DNA of 64,000 nt from Chloroflexota bacterium (lineage in GTDB: Bacteria; Chloroflexota; Dehalococcoidia; Lucifugimonadales; Australimonadaceae): NCBI GenBank assembly GCA_009838965.1, contig VXQP01000081.1, positions 7,854 through 71,853 of the forward strand, given 5' to 3'. Position numbers and translations under genes: made by a program. Below are positions 26,353 through 35,798 of this stretch, in pieces (within the stretch, counting starts at the first letter, position 1; every line of letters begins with the position of its first letter). A model generated the notes under the pieces. The model saw only the letters and a list, made by a program, of their open reading frames with translations. It was not told the DNA's origin and made no database searches.

Positions 26353-26376
26353 GCTTAGGTCTCCGTCAGTGAGGCG

Positions 26377-26820
26377 CTACGCCAGCGATGCCTCGACGCT
26401 GAGTTCGACGTTGCCCGCCATCGCGGTCGAGATGGGGCAGCCGTTCTTGGCGTCCTCCGCGGCCTGCCGGAAGTCGTCCTCGCTCATGTCCGGCACTTCG
26501 CCAACGACCTTGAGCGCGCTCGATGCGACCTTCGCGCCGCCTTCGAACAGTTCGAACGTTACCGTGGCGTCCGCCTCCAGTCTGGTCGCGACTTTGCCGT
26601 CGGCTCCCAGGCGAGCGGAGAGCGCCATGCAGAAGCAGCTCGCGTGCGCCGCCGCAACCAGTTCCTCGGGGCTCGTGCTGGGACCTGCGGTCTCGTCGCT
26701 GCGCGCTTTCCACGATACGGGAAGCTCGCTGTACGCGCCGGACGACGACGCGGTCACCGTGCCGGTGCCGGAGAACAGGTCGCCGCTCCAGACGGCGTGC
26801 GCGGATCTGGTGATTGCCAT
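26377..26820 (-). CDS. osmC: OsmC-family peroxiredoxin
   Basis: AAHASCFCMAL and NGCPIS cysteine motifs, about 147 aa. Confidence 0.85.
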   Translation of the reverse strand: MAITRSAHAVWSGDLFSGTGTVTASSSGAYSELPVSWKARSDETAGPSTSPEELVAAAHASCFCMALSARLGADGKVATRLEADATVTFELFEGGAKVASSALKVVGEVPDMSEDDFRQAAEDAKNGCPISTAMAGNVELSVEASLA

Positions 26821-26920
26821 AACTCCTCCTTGGGGGATCGTTCCGAAGATGTGGGCCGCTCGTTCGCGACCCTCGCCAAGTATCAGCGTCGCTGCATCCG
26901 CCGGTCAACGCCGTGTTGCC

Positions 26921-26967
26921 TGGTTCACCCTCACCCTAGCCCTCTCCCCTCGAGGGAGAGGGAACCA
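26921..26967. repeat. REP-like GC-rich element, copy B
   Basis: TGGTTC-ACCCTCACCCTAG-CCCTCTCCC-loop-GGGAGAGG-GAACCA nested hairpins, 12 nt downstream of the msrA stop. Confidence 0.6.
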
Positions 26968-26978
26968 GGCCTGCCGGA

Positions 26979-27515
26979 TCAGGCCTTGAGCGCTTCGAGG
27001 TGCTCCTTACGGAGCTTGGCGACCTTCGGCGCGATGATGATCTGGCAGTAGCCCGCCCACGGATTGTTGCGGAAGTACTGCTGGTGGTAGTCCTCGGCGT
27101 CGTAGAACACGTCAAGGGGCTGCAACTCGGTGACGATGGGGTCCCGCCAGACGCGGCGCTCCGTGAAATCGGCGATGACCTCCTTCGCTATCCGGCGCTG
27201 TTCCTCGTCGTGGTAGTAGATGGCGGAGCGGTACTGCGTGCCGGTATCCGGCCCCTGCCGGTTGAGGGTCGTCGGGTCGTGCATCGTGAAGAAGAGCTCG
27301 ACCAATTGGCGGTAGGAGACCACGTCCGGATCGTATGTGAGTTGCACGGCCTCGGCGTGGCCCGTGTTGCCGGAGCAGACCTCGTAGTAAGTGGGGTCGA
27401 CGGTCGTTCCGCCCGTGTAACCGTTGACAACCTTTTCGACGCCGCGCACCTGCTCGTACACGGCCTCCAAGCACCAGAAGCAGCCTCCGGCCAGGGTGGC
27501 CATCTCCGTCGACAT
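26979..27515 (-). CDS. msrA: Peptide methionine (S)-sulfoxide reductase
   Basis: ATLAGGCFWCLEAVY, GYTGG, GHAEAV. Confidence 0.95.
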   Translation of the reverse strand: MSTEMATLAGGCFWCLEAVYEQVRGVEKVVNGYTGGTTVDPTYYEVCSGNTGHAEAVQLTYDPDVVSYRQLVELFFTMHDPTTLNRQGPDTGTQYRSAIYYHDEEQRRIAKEVIADFTERRVWRDPIVTELQPLDVFYDAEDYHQQYFRNNPWAGYCQIIIAPKVAKLRKEHLEALKA

Positions 27516-27531
27516 GGTCAGAACCTCCTGC

Positions 27532-27756
27532 TCACCGTTGCTTCCGGCGGACTACCGCCATCATGTACACCGAACCGCCGCCTCCGTAGCCTGACAGCCA
27601 CGCGAGTTCGTAGCCGTTCGCGTCCATCTGGTTCAGCCACTCGGCGAGCTTCGGCGCCTTGTCGCGCTCTATCTCGTAGGTGACGTACTCGTCGCCCACG
27701 ACGCCGCCCTGACCCTTGGGCGGCTTCTCCTGTTTGGTCAAGGCCCGGTAGTCCAT
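27532..27756 (-). CDS. Small hypothetical protein (DUF4177-like pattern)
   Basis: 74 aa ending ...NGYELAWLSGYGGGGSVYMMAVVRRKQR. AAGGAA RBS overlaps the upstream stop. Confidence 0.5.
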   Translation of the reverse strand: MDYRALTKQEKPPKGQGGVVGDEYVTYEIERDKAPKLAEWLNQMDANGYELAWLSGYGGGGSVYMMAVVRRKQR

Positions 27757-27764
27757 CCGGTTCC

Positions 27765-29459
27765 TTATGCGGGTACCGGAGCGCGGCTGCGAAGCGTGCG
27801 GCCCGGGTATGCGCCCGTGTGCTCGCCGTCCTCCAGCAGCACCTCGCCGTTGACGATGGTGTAGTCCACGCCGTTCGCCTTCTGGCGGAGGCGCATGAGC
27901 CCGCCGGGGAGGTCGTTCACCTCGTCCGGCTCCTCCGCGCCGACGGTGTCCGGGTCGAACACCACCACGTCGGCGGCGAAGCCGGGGCGCAGCAGGCCGC
28001 GATCGTGCAGCCCGAAGAGCGACGCCTGCATGAAGCTGAGCTTGCGCACTGCCTCCTCCAACGAGAGCGCGCCTTCCTCGCGCACCCACTTCCCGAGCAC
28101 GAGCGTGCTGTAGCCGTAGCCCGCCTCGAACACGACGTGCGCGCCGGCGTCCGAAAGGCCGATGACGGTGTAGGGGCTGGCGACCAGCCTGCCCATGATG
28201 CCGCCGTCCGCGCCGGCCTGGCTGTTCTGCATCCCGGTGCCGAGGTCCTCGTCAAGCACGAGGTCGAGGAAGCCGTCGATGACGTCCTTGCCCTGGGCCT
28301 CCGCCATCTCCGCGATGCTCATGCCCTTGTATGCGCTGTTGCGCTCCTTGAGCGTGCGGGTGATGAAGATACGCTCCCATGTGACGGGCAGCGCACCGGA
28401 AGGCAGGTTCTTGCCGTCGACGGCCTCGGCCCGGAGTTTCTCGCGTACCGCGGGGTCACGGAAGGCGGCAGCCTTCTCTTCGACGGAGCCGAGCATCACC
28501 TCTCGCCAAGTGGGCATGCGGTCGAATATCTGGGCGTTGCGCATGGTGAAGCGCTGTGCCTGGGGACGCGGGTTGATGACGGGGTAGACCTGCTTCCCCT
28601 CGGCGATGCCGCGCTCGACGATGTCCAGGTGGCGCTGCCACCGGTCGGGCTCGCTGGGGTGGTAGACGATCTGGTTGTAGACCACGGGACGCTGCGCGTG
28701 CTCGCCGAGTTTCGTGGCGAAGCCGTCGCGTATCTCCAGCGGGTACGCCGCACCGCACTGCACGACGCCGGCGCCCACGTCGCGGAGCGCGGTCGCGAGC
28801 TCGTACAGCTCTTCGACAGGCGGCACGATGCCGGGGATGGGACGTCCCAGCAGGTCCATGTGGCCGCTGTTGCGGTTGAACGAGAGGCCGAGCGCGCCCT
28901 GCCGGATGGAGTCCCGGACAAGCTGCTTCATCTCTTCCATCTCGGCGGGAGTGGCCTCGGCCCGCTGGAACGACTCGTCACCCATGACCCAGCGGCGCAC
29001 GGCGGAGTGGCCGACGAGCGCGCCCGCGTTGACGCCGAGGCGCTGGTCGAGGTAGTCGAGGTAGCCCCCGAACGTCGTCCACTCCCAGGGGATGCCTTCC
29101 TGCAGGCTCTCCATCGGGATTGCCTCGACGCGTGAGAGCATCATCGCGAGGGCGTCGTGGTCCTCCGGCTTCACCGGTGCGAGCGTCAGCGAGCAGTTGC
29201 CGAAGATGACACTGGTGACGCCGTGCTGCGGCGAGAAGGTGCAGAGCGGGTCCCACGTCACCTGGGCGTCGAAGTGGCAGTGGTTGTCGATGAACCCCGG
29301 CGCGACGACACGCCCTTCGGCGTCGATGGTGCGCTGTGCCGGGCCCGAGAGCCGACCCACGTCCGCGACGCGTCCGTCCACGATGCCCACGTCGGCGATG
29401 AACGAGGGCATGCCCGAGCCGTCGGCGACTCTCCCGTTCTTGATCAGCAGGTCGTACAT
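27765..29459 (-). CDS. D-aminoacylase-like amidohydrolase (Amidohydro_3 family)
   Basis: MYDLLIKNGRVADGSG...APGFIDNHCHFD. GGGAG RBS. Start trimmed from ORF 29516. Confidence 0.8.
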   Translation of the reverse strand: MYDLLIKNGRVADGSGMPSFIADVGIVDGRVADVGRLSGPAQRTIDAEGRVVAPGFIDNHCHFDAQVTWDPLCTFSPQHGVTSVIFGNCSLTLAPVKPEDHDALAMMLSRVEAIPMESLQEGIPWEWTTFGGYLDYLDQRLGVNAGALVGHSAVRRWVMGDESFQRAEATPAEMEEMKQLVRDSIRQGALGLSFNRNSGHMDLLGRPIPGIVPPVEELYELATALRDVGAGVVQCGAAYPLEIRDGFATKLGEHAQRPVVYNQIVYHPSEPDRWQRHLDIVERGIAEGKQVYPVINPRPQAQRFTMRNAQIFDRMPTWREVMLGSVEEKAAAFRDPAVREKLRAEAVDGKNLPSGALPVTWERIFITRTLKERNSAYKGMSIAEMAEAQGKDVIDGFLDLVLDEDLGTGMQNSQAGADGGIMGRLVASPYTVIGLSDAGAHVVFEAGYGYSTLVLGKWVREEGALSLEEAVRKLSFMQASLFGLHDRGLLRPGFAADVVVFDPDTVGAEEPDEVNDLPGGLMRLRQKANGVDYTIVNGEVLLEDGEHTGAYPGRTLRSRAPVPA

Positions 29460-29559
29460 TGCACGCTCCCAGCCATCATTTTCTGGGAGAGTACGCCGAT
29501 ACGGGTCGCAGGGCAAGGGCAGAGGTGAGGCTGCGGGTCCATTCTTCGCAGCGCCGGAA

Positions 29560-29578
29560 TTGATAGCATTTGATAGCG
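29560..29578. promoter_or_regulatory. Tandem direct repeat TTGATAGC x2 in a divergent control region
   Basis: TTGATAGCAT-TTGATAGCG with a 10-bp period. Confidence 0.35.
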
Positions 29579-29655
29579 TCCTCCCGAAGGTCCACGGCGC
29601 TTGTTCCTGGGGCCAGGGTCAATTGTACGGGGACGGTGTATCTTGTGCAACCGCT

Positions 29656-29677
29656 GTATGTCATACTATTGACATAC
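29656..29677. promoter_or_regulatory. Perfect palindrome GTATGTCA-N6-TGACATAC (operator candidate)
   Basis: 8-bp arms in an AT-rich patch between the divergent D-aminoacylase-like and Rieske genes. Contains TTGACA. Confidence 0.45.
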
Positions 29678-29689
29678 GCCTGTGCTGAG

Positions 29690-29763
29690 CCCTCACCCGC
29701 CATACGCTACGCGCGGCGACCCATTCGACAAGCTCAGGGCAGGCTCTCTCGCAGAGGGGAGAA
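29690..29763. repeat. REP-like GC-rich element, copy C
   Basis: CCCTCACCCGCCATACGCTACGCGCGGCGACCC shares its core with copy A, followed by TTCGACAAGCTCAGGGCAGGCTCTCTCGCAGAGGGGAG. Confidence 0.55.
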
Positions 29764-29946
29764 GTGGAGCAATGGGGGTGGACCGGGAGGGCCGTCCGGG
29801 ACGGCGGAGGGCGCGTGGACCGGGATGCGCGCACGGCGCTATCACGATGCGACCGCAGCGCTATCACGGTGCCACCAGAATGAAGCCGAGGCGTGGTCAG
29901 GATGCGCACATAGACGCTCCCACCAGCCCCGCGTATGATGCGGCGC

Positions 29947-31272
29947 ATGCTGTCAGCGGCCGAGAACGAACGGCTCACGCGGGTGGGGCCGGGCACGTCG
30001 ATGGGAGAGTTGATGCGGCGCTACTGGCAACCCATCAGCGTCACGTCGGAACTGAACGCCAGGCCCACGAAGCCCGTCCGCATCCTCGGCGAGGACCTCG
30101 TCCTCTACCGCGACCGCTCCGGCGAGTATGGCCTGATCGACCGCTACTGCCCACACCGCCGCGTCGACCTCTCCTACGGCATACCGGAAGAGCACGGCCT
30201 GCGTTGCATGTATCACGGTTGGATGATGGACGAGACCGGCCAGTGCATCGAGCAGCCGTTCGAAGAGATCGTCCACCCGGACGGGAGGTTCAAGGAGAAG
30301 GTGCGCGTCACGGCCTACCCCGTGCAGGAGCTTGGCGGGCTGCTCTGGGCGTACATGGGCCCTGAGCCCGCGCCGCTGCTGCCACGCTGGGACCTGCTGG
30401 TATGGGACAACGTGCTGCGCGACATCGGCGTCGTGGTGCTGCCGTGCAACTGGCTCCAGTGCGTGGAGAACGCCGTCGATCCCGTCCACACGGAGTGGTT
30501 GCACATCAATCTCACGAGCGCGGTGCTGGAGCGCGAGGGCGCGATAGCCGACCGCAGTGAGATGCCGCGCCGCCCACACCGGAAGATCGGTTTGGACCGC
30601 TATGAGAACGGCGTCATCAAGAGGCGGGTAGTCGAAGGCACGACCGAGCAGGACCGGGAGTGGACGGTCGGCCACCCCATCATCTTCCCGACGTGGGTGA
30701 GCATCATCAACGGCTTCCAGATGCGTGTGCCGGTAGACGACACCCATACGTTGAACTTCTTCTACCACGTCTACGTGCCTCCGGAGGGCGTCGAGCTGGA
30801 GCCGCAGGAAGAGATACCCGGCTACGACGTGCCGTACGTCGGTGAGGACGGGCGCTACCTGCAGAACTTCATCGTTGCGCAGGACTCGTCGGCCTGGGTT
30901 ACGCAGGGGCCGATAGCGGACCGGACGAGGGAGAAGCTGGGACAGTCAGACGTCGGCGTCATCATGTACCGCAAGCTGCTGGAGGAGCAGATGCGGCTGG
31001 TGGAGGACGGCGCGGACCCGATGAACACGTTCCGCGATCCCGCGGAGAACGAGGTCCTCTACACGTTCGACGAGTACCGCGCTCCGGGCGAGCGTCCGGA
31101 GAAGGGCATCCTGCAGCTCGGCGGCGCGTTCATGTCCGTTGCCATGTCCGGCGAGCGCGACCCGGAGACGGGCAGGCACGTCCGCAGCCTCACGGGCAGG
31201 TACAGCCCCCTCGCCTTTACGGCGGAGGAGACATACGCACAGGCCCGGCGGCGGGCTACGCCGTCCGCGTAG
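29947..31272 (+). CDS. Rieske non-heme-iron oxygenase alpha subunit
   Basis: MLSAAENERLTRVGPG, CPHRRVDLSYG...CMYHGW. Start chosen by analogy with the paralogues. Confidence 0.9.
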   Translation: MLSAAENERLTRVGPGTSMGELMRRYWQPISVTSELNARPTKPVRILGEDLVLYRDRSGEYGLIDRYCPHRRVDLSYGIPEEHGLRCMYHGWMMDETGQCIEQPFEEIVHPDGRFKEKVRVTAYPVQELGGLLWAYMGPEPAPLLPRWDLLVWDNVLRDIGVVVLPCNWLQCVENAVDPVHTEWLHINLTSAVLEREGAIADRSEMPRRPHRKIGLDRYENGVIKRRVVEGTTEQDREWTVGHPIIFPTWVSIINGFQMRVPVDDTHTLNFFYHVYVPPEGVELEPQEEIPGYDVPYVGEDGRYLQNFIVAQDSSAWVTQGPIADRTREKLGQSDVGVIMYRKLLEEQMRLVEDGADPMNTFRDPAENEVLYTFDEYRAPGERPEKGILQLGGAFMSVAMSGERDPETGRHVRSLTGRYSPLAFTAEETYAQARRRATPSA

Positions 31273-31330
31273 ACGCTCCGCATGCCTCGACGTATGATGC
31301 ACCCGACGTTCACAGGCTGGGGGTGCGGTC

Positions 31331-32641
31331 ATGCTGACAACGGCTGAGAACGAGCGACTCACGCGGGTAGGGCCAGGCACGCCGATGGGCGAGCTGATGC
31401 GGCGCTATTGGCAGCCCGTCGCCGTCACGTCGGAATTGAACACGCGACCGACACGTCCCGTCCGCATCCTTGGCGAAGACCTCGTCCTCTACCGCGACCG
31501 CTCCGGCGAGTACGGCCTGATCGACCGCTTCTGCCCCCACCGACGCGTCGACCTCTCCTACGGCATACCGGAAGAGCACGGCCTGCGCTGCATGTATCAC
31601 GGCTGGATGATGGACGAGACCGGCCAATGCATCGAGCAGCCGTTCGAGGAGACGGTGCACCCGGACGGCAGGTTCAAAGAGAAGGTGCGCGTTGCCGCCT
31701 ATCCGGTGCAGGAGCTTGGTGGGTTGCTCTGGGCGTACATGGGACCGCAGCCCATGCCCTTGCTGCCGCGCTGGGACCTGCTCGCGTGGGACAACGTGCT
31801 GCGCGACATAGGGACTACCGTTCTGCCGTGCAACTGGCTGCAGTGTATGGAGAACTCGCTTGACCCCGTCCACACCGAGTGGCTGCACGTCTACCTGACG
31901 AGCGCGGTGCTGGAGCGCGAGGGAGCGATAGCCGACCGCAGCGAGATCGCCCGTCGTACGCACCAGAAGATCGGGTTCGAGCGCTACGCGAACGGACTCG
32001 TGAAGAAGCGCGTCGTTGAGGGAACGACCGAGGACGACGTGGAGTGGACGGTTGGCCATCCCATCATCTTCCCGAACTGGCTCGGCGGCACGACCGGGTT
32101 CCAGATGCGCGTGCCGATAGACGACACGCACACGTGGCACATCCTCTACAACGTCTACGTGCCACCGGAGGGCGTTGAGCTGGAGCCGCAGGAAGAGATA
32201 CCCGGCTACGACGTGCCGTACGTCGACGAGGAAGGGCGCGCCGCCGTGAACTTCGTCATCGGCCAGGACACGGCGGCGTGGTGGACGCAGGGCCCCATCG
32301 CCAGGCGCGAACTCGAGAAGCTGGGGCAGTCGGACGTTGGCATCATCCTCTACCGGAAGCTGCTGGAGGAGCAGATGCGGCTGGTGGAGGACGGCATCGA
32401 CCCGATGAACACGTTCCGCGATCCCGTGGAGAACGAGATCATCTTCACGTTCGACGAGCACCGGGCGCCCGGCGAGCGTCGCCTGAAGGGACGGCGCCAG
32501 ATAGGCGGAGCGTTCCAGGCGCTGCCGATGTCCGGCGAGAAGGACCCGGACACGGGCAAGCTCGTGCGCAGCCCCACCGGCAAGTACGGGCCCATCGCCC
32601 GCACTGCGGAAGAGATCTTCGCGCGAGCCGCGGGGAGGTAG
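31331..32641 (+). CDS. Rieske non-heme-iron oxygenase alpha subunit, tandem paralogue
   Basis: MLTTAENERLTRVGPG, CPHRRVDLSYG...CMYHGW. Confidence 0.9.
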   Translation: MLTTAENERLTRVGPGTPMGELMRRYWQPVAVTSELNTRPTRPVRILGEDLVLYRDRSGEYGLIDRFCPHRRVDLSYGIPEEHGLRCMYHGWMMDETGQCIEQPFEETVHPDGRFKEKVRVAAYPVQELGGLLWAYMGPQPMPLLPRWDLLAWDNVLRDIGTTVLPCNWLQCMENSLDPVHTEWLHVYLTSAVLEREGAIADRSEIARRTHQKIGFERYANGLVKKRVVEGTTEDDVEWTVGHPIIFPNWLGGTTGFQMRVPIDDTHTWHILYNVYVPPEGVELEPQEEIPGYDVPYVDEEGRAAVNFVIGQDTAAWWTQGPIARRELEKLGQSDVGIILYRKLLEEQMRLVEDGIDPMNTFRDPVENEIIFTFDEHRAPGERRLKGRRQIGGAFQALPMSGEKDPDTGKLVRSPTGKYGPIARTAEEIFARAAGR

Positions 32642-32650
32642 GGCCGCTCC

Positions 32651-33496
32651 CTAGCCCGGGTAGACCGCCTTGCTGGGGATCTGCGGCCAGGCGGCGGGAG
32701 CGCCGGCCTTCTCGAGACGCTCCTCGATGGGGAGCGACTCGTCCCAGAAGTAGGCGATGAACCGTCGGCCGTTGACGCCGTCGGCGGCGTCGGACGCGAG
32801 CCAGACGACGGGAACGCGCATGATGTCCGGCTGGATCAGTTTCGCGCGGTCGAACGGCGAGTCGGGAGGGAGAAGGTTCGTGTTGACCGGGCCGCCGGGG
32901 ACGAGGACGTTTGCGGTGACGCCGGTGCCCTCCAGTTCCGTTGCCATCGTCGCGACCAGCGCCTCGTGTCCGGCCTTGGACGGGCCGTAGGGCGACATGT
33001 TGATGCGGATCATCGTGTCCAGGCTGGTCGTGACGCCGATGATGCGGCCCCAACCCTGCTCCAGCATGTGGCCCACAGCGGCGTGCGCCATGTGGAACGG
33101 GCCGCTGAAATTGACCGCGATGACGCGCGCCCATGCCTCCGGGGACACCTCCCACCAGGGCTCCATGAGCGTGTTGCTCATGCCGACGTTCCGCTGGTTC
33201 GTGCCCGCGTTGTTGACGAGCACGTGCAGCCCGCCGAAGTGGTCCAACGCCGACTGCACGACGCGCTGTGCGTCGGCGTAGCTGGTCACGTCGGCGACCA
33301 CGGTCAGGATCTGCTCGTCGCTGCTGGCCTCTCGTGCGTCGTTCGCGCTCGCTTCCAGCGTTGCGCCGTCGATGTCCATCATCACCACGTTCGCACCTGC
33401 GGATGCGAGAGCGATGGACATGTGCCGTCCCATGCCGATGGGTGAGCCTGCGCCCGTTACGATGATCGTCTTGCCGTTCAGCACTCCCTCTGCCAT
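32651..33496 (-). CDS. Short-chain dehydrogenase/reductase (SDR)
   Basis: TGAGSPIGMG cofactor motif, NNAG, YGPSK catalytic motif. Confidence 0.9.
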   Translation of the reverse strand: MAEGVLNGKTIIVTGAGSPIGMGRHMSIALASAGANVVMMDIDGATLEASANDAREASSDEQILTVVADVTSYADAQRVVQSALDHFGGLHVLVNNAGTNQRNVGMSNTLMEPWWEVSPEAWARVIAVNFSGPFHMAHAAVGHMLEQGWGRIIGVTTSLDTMIRINMSPYGPSKAGHEALVATMATELEGTGVTANVLVPGGPVNTNLLPPDSPFDRAKLIQPDIMRVPVVWLASDAADGVNGRRFIAYFWDESLPIEERLEKAGAPAAWPQIPSKAVYPG

Positions 33497-33514
33497 GTCG
33501 TTCTCCTTTGTGTG

Positions 33515-35689
33515 TCAGCTGTCTCCGTGGAGCATGTTGTAGACCCGCTCCGCTGTGAGCGGGAGCGACCGCACCGGCATGCCGATGGCGTCATGCACCG
33601 CGTTCGCGATCGCGGAGGCGGTCGGCACGTTGGCGGACTCGGCTATGGCGCCTGCATTGAACGGCCCCGGCCCCTCACCGCTCGGGATGAGCACGGTCTC
33701 GAACGCCGGTATGTCGGCGATGTTGGGTATCTTGTAGTCCGCGAGATTGAGCGCGATGGGGCGTCCGTCCTCGATGACGTGCTGCTCTACCGTGGCCATG
33801 CCGAGGCCCTGTATCGCGCCGCCGAGTATCTGGCCGCGATGCCCCTCCGGGTTGATGATGGTGCCTACGTCGTGCGCGCTCACTATCCTGCGCACGATGA
33901 CGTTTCCCGTCTCCAGGTCCACCTCGACCTCGGCGGCCTGCGCCGTGAACTCGGTGGTGGGCGGGTCCGGGAAGAGCGGCACCTTCTTGTACGTGTTCAC
34001 CGACACTTCGCCGCCGTTAGCGCGGCAGAGCTCCGCAGCCGCCTCCGCGAACGGGGCGTCCCCCGCGACCTCGCGCAACTGCGCGCGCAGGCTGTTGATG
34101 GACTCCTGCACCGTCACGCCGAGTGCGAACGTTGTGCGGCTGCCGGAGACGCCGAAATCGAACGCCAACTCGTCCGTCGGCGCGGGGAGTACCTTGATGG
34201 TCTCCGGTTCGATGCCCAACTCTTCCGCGATGACCTGCTGCATGGCGGTGTATGCGCCCTGGCCAGGGTCGGCGATGGGCACGAACAGCGTGATCGAGGC
34301 GTCCGGATGGAGCACGAGACGGCAGCTGGAGTCCCCGCCGATGGGGCCGCGCTCGTACATGGAGACGCCGCGCCCGACGTAGGGGGGCTTGGGCTCGCTC
34401 CAGCCTATCGCCTCGACCGCCGCGTCGAGCGCCTCGATAGCATAGATCGCGCCCCACTGATCGCCGTTCGGGGCCGTGTCGCCGGGACGCAGCAGGTTCC
34501 GCCTGCGGAACTCGGCAGCGTCCATCTCCAGCTCTGCTGCGATGATGTTCAACTGGGACTCCACCGCGAAATTGACCTGCGGCCCGCCCGGCGACCGCAT
34601 GTGGCCGGAAGGAAGCGTGTTGGTGTAGACGATGTGACTGGTCACGTCGAGCGCGGTGAACCTGTAACAACTGCCGACCTGCTCCAGGCCGTGCAGGTTG
34701 AGGTTGGGGGCGGGCTTGAATGCCGCGTAAGCGCCGCTGTTGAAGTACGCCTCCACCTGCATTCCCGTCACGCGGAAATCCTCCGCGACGCCGGTCCGGA
34801 CCGTGATTACGCCGGGGTGACGGCTGCTCGCCGCGAGCAACTCCTCTTGGTACGACATGACGATCTTCACGGGGCGTCCGGTTGCCTGGGAGAGGAGGTA
34901 GGCAACCGGCGTGTCCATCGGTGAGCCCTTGCCGCCGAAGTCCCCGCCCACGGGCATCGGGTGCACCCGGATGGTCGGCACTTCCACCCCCATCGCGGCG
35001 GCCAGCTGGCCGCGCAGCATGTGCGGGCTCTTGTTGGAGGCCCATACATCCGCCGTGCCGTCTGCGTGCACGGCGACGGCGCAGGCGTGCGTCTCCATGT
35101 AGACGTGGTGCTCCTTCTGTGTGGCGAACGTGTTCTCGAACACGCGGCGCGAGCCCGCAAGCTCGGTCTCGACGTCGCCGTGGGTCCAGCGTCCGTAGGA
35201 GCTGAGGTTGGGCAGGTCGGGCTGTTCCGGGTGCACGAACGCGCCCGCGTACTGCGTGGGGTCGTCGTGAACGCGCGGCGCGTCCGGCGCGAGCGCCTCG
35301 GGAACGTCGAACACGGCGGGCAGCTCCTCGTACTCGACCTCGATGAGCGCGAGCGCCTCGTCCGCGGCGTCCGCCGACTCCGCGGCGACGGCGGCGACGC
35401 GCTCGCCGATGAAGCGCACCTTGTCGATCGCGAGGACGGGGAGGTCGCGCACCATGCGCCCGATCCAGTGGGGACGCTGCGCACCGGTGAGGACAGCGTG
35501 CACGCCGGGCAAGCGCTCGGCGGCAGAGGTGTCGATGCGCACGATACGAGCGTGGGCGTGCGGGCTGCGGAGCACCTTGCCCCACAGGCAGCCTTCGGGA
35601 GCGAGGTCGGCGGCGTAACGGAGGTACCCACTCACCTTGTCGGGGCCCTCGATGCGAGGGGTGCGTTTGCCGACTACGCGCATCGTCAT
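33515..35689 (-). CDS. Xanthine dehydrogenase/aldehyde oxidase/CoxL-family molybdopterin-binding large subunit
   Basis: VGKRTPRIEGPDKVSGYLRYAADL N-terminus, about 724 aa, GGDFGGK, AESANVP. Confidence 0.9.
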   Translation of the reverse strand: MTMRVVGKRTPRIEGPDKVSGYLRYAADLAPEGCLWGKVLRSPHAHARIVRIDTSAAERLPGVHAVLTGAQRPHWIGRMVRDLPVLAIDKVRFIGERVAAVAAESADAADEALALIEVEYEELPAVFDVPEALAPDAPRVHDDPTQYAGAFVHPEQPDLPNLSSYGRWTHGDVETELAGSRRVFENTFATQKEHHVYMETHACAVAVHADGTADVWASNKSPHMLRGQLAAAMGVEVPTIRVHPMPVGGDFGGKGSPMDTPVAYLLSQATGRPVKIVMSYQEELLAASSRHPGVITVRTGVAEDFRVTGMQVEAYFNSGAYAAFKPAPNLNLHGLEQVGSCYRFTALDVTSHIVYTNTLPSGHMRSPGGPQVNFAVESQLNIIAAELEMDAAEFRRRNLLRPGDTAPNGDQWGAIYAIEALDAAVEAIGWSEPKPPYVGRGVSMYERGPIGGDSSCRLVLHPDASITLFVPIADPGQGAYTAMQQVIAEELGIEPETIKVLPAPTDELAFDFGVSGSRTTFALGVTVQESINSLRAQLREVAGDAPFAEAAAELCRANGGEVSVNTYKKVPLFPDPPTTEFTAQAAEVEVDLETGNVIVRRIVSAHDVGTIINPEGHRGQILGGAIQGLGMATVEQHVIEDGRPIALNLADYKIPNIADIPAFETVLIPSGEGPGPFNAGAIAESANVPTASAIANAVHDAIGMPVRSLPLTAERVYNMLHGDS

Positions 35690-35798
35690 GCCGCGTCTCC
35701 TCCGTCTATCGAACGCATCGCGCGCCGCGCGTTCGTAGCGGGGCGGAGGGTATCACGCGGGAAGCGTCGGGAGAAGGCGCACGAATGGGACAGGGACC

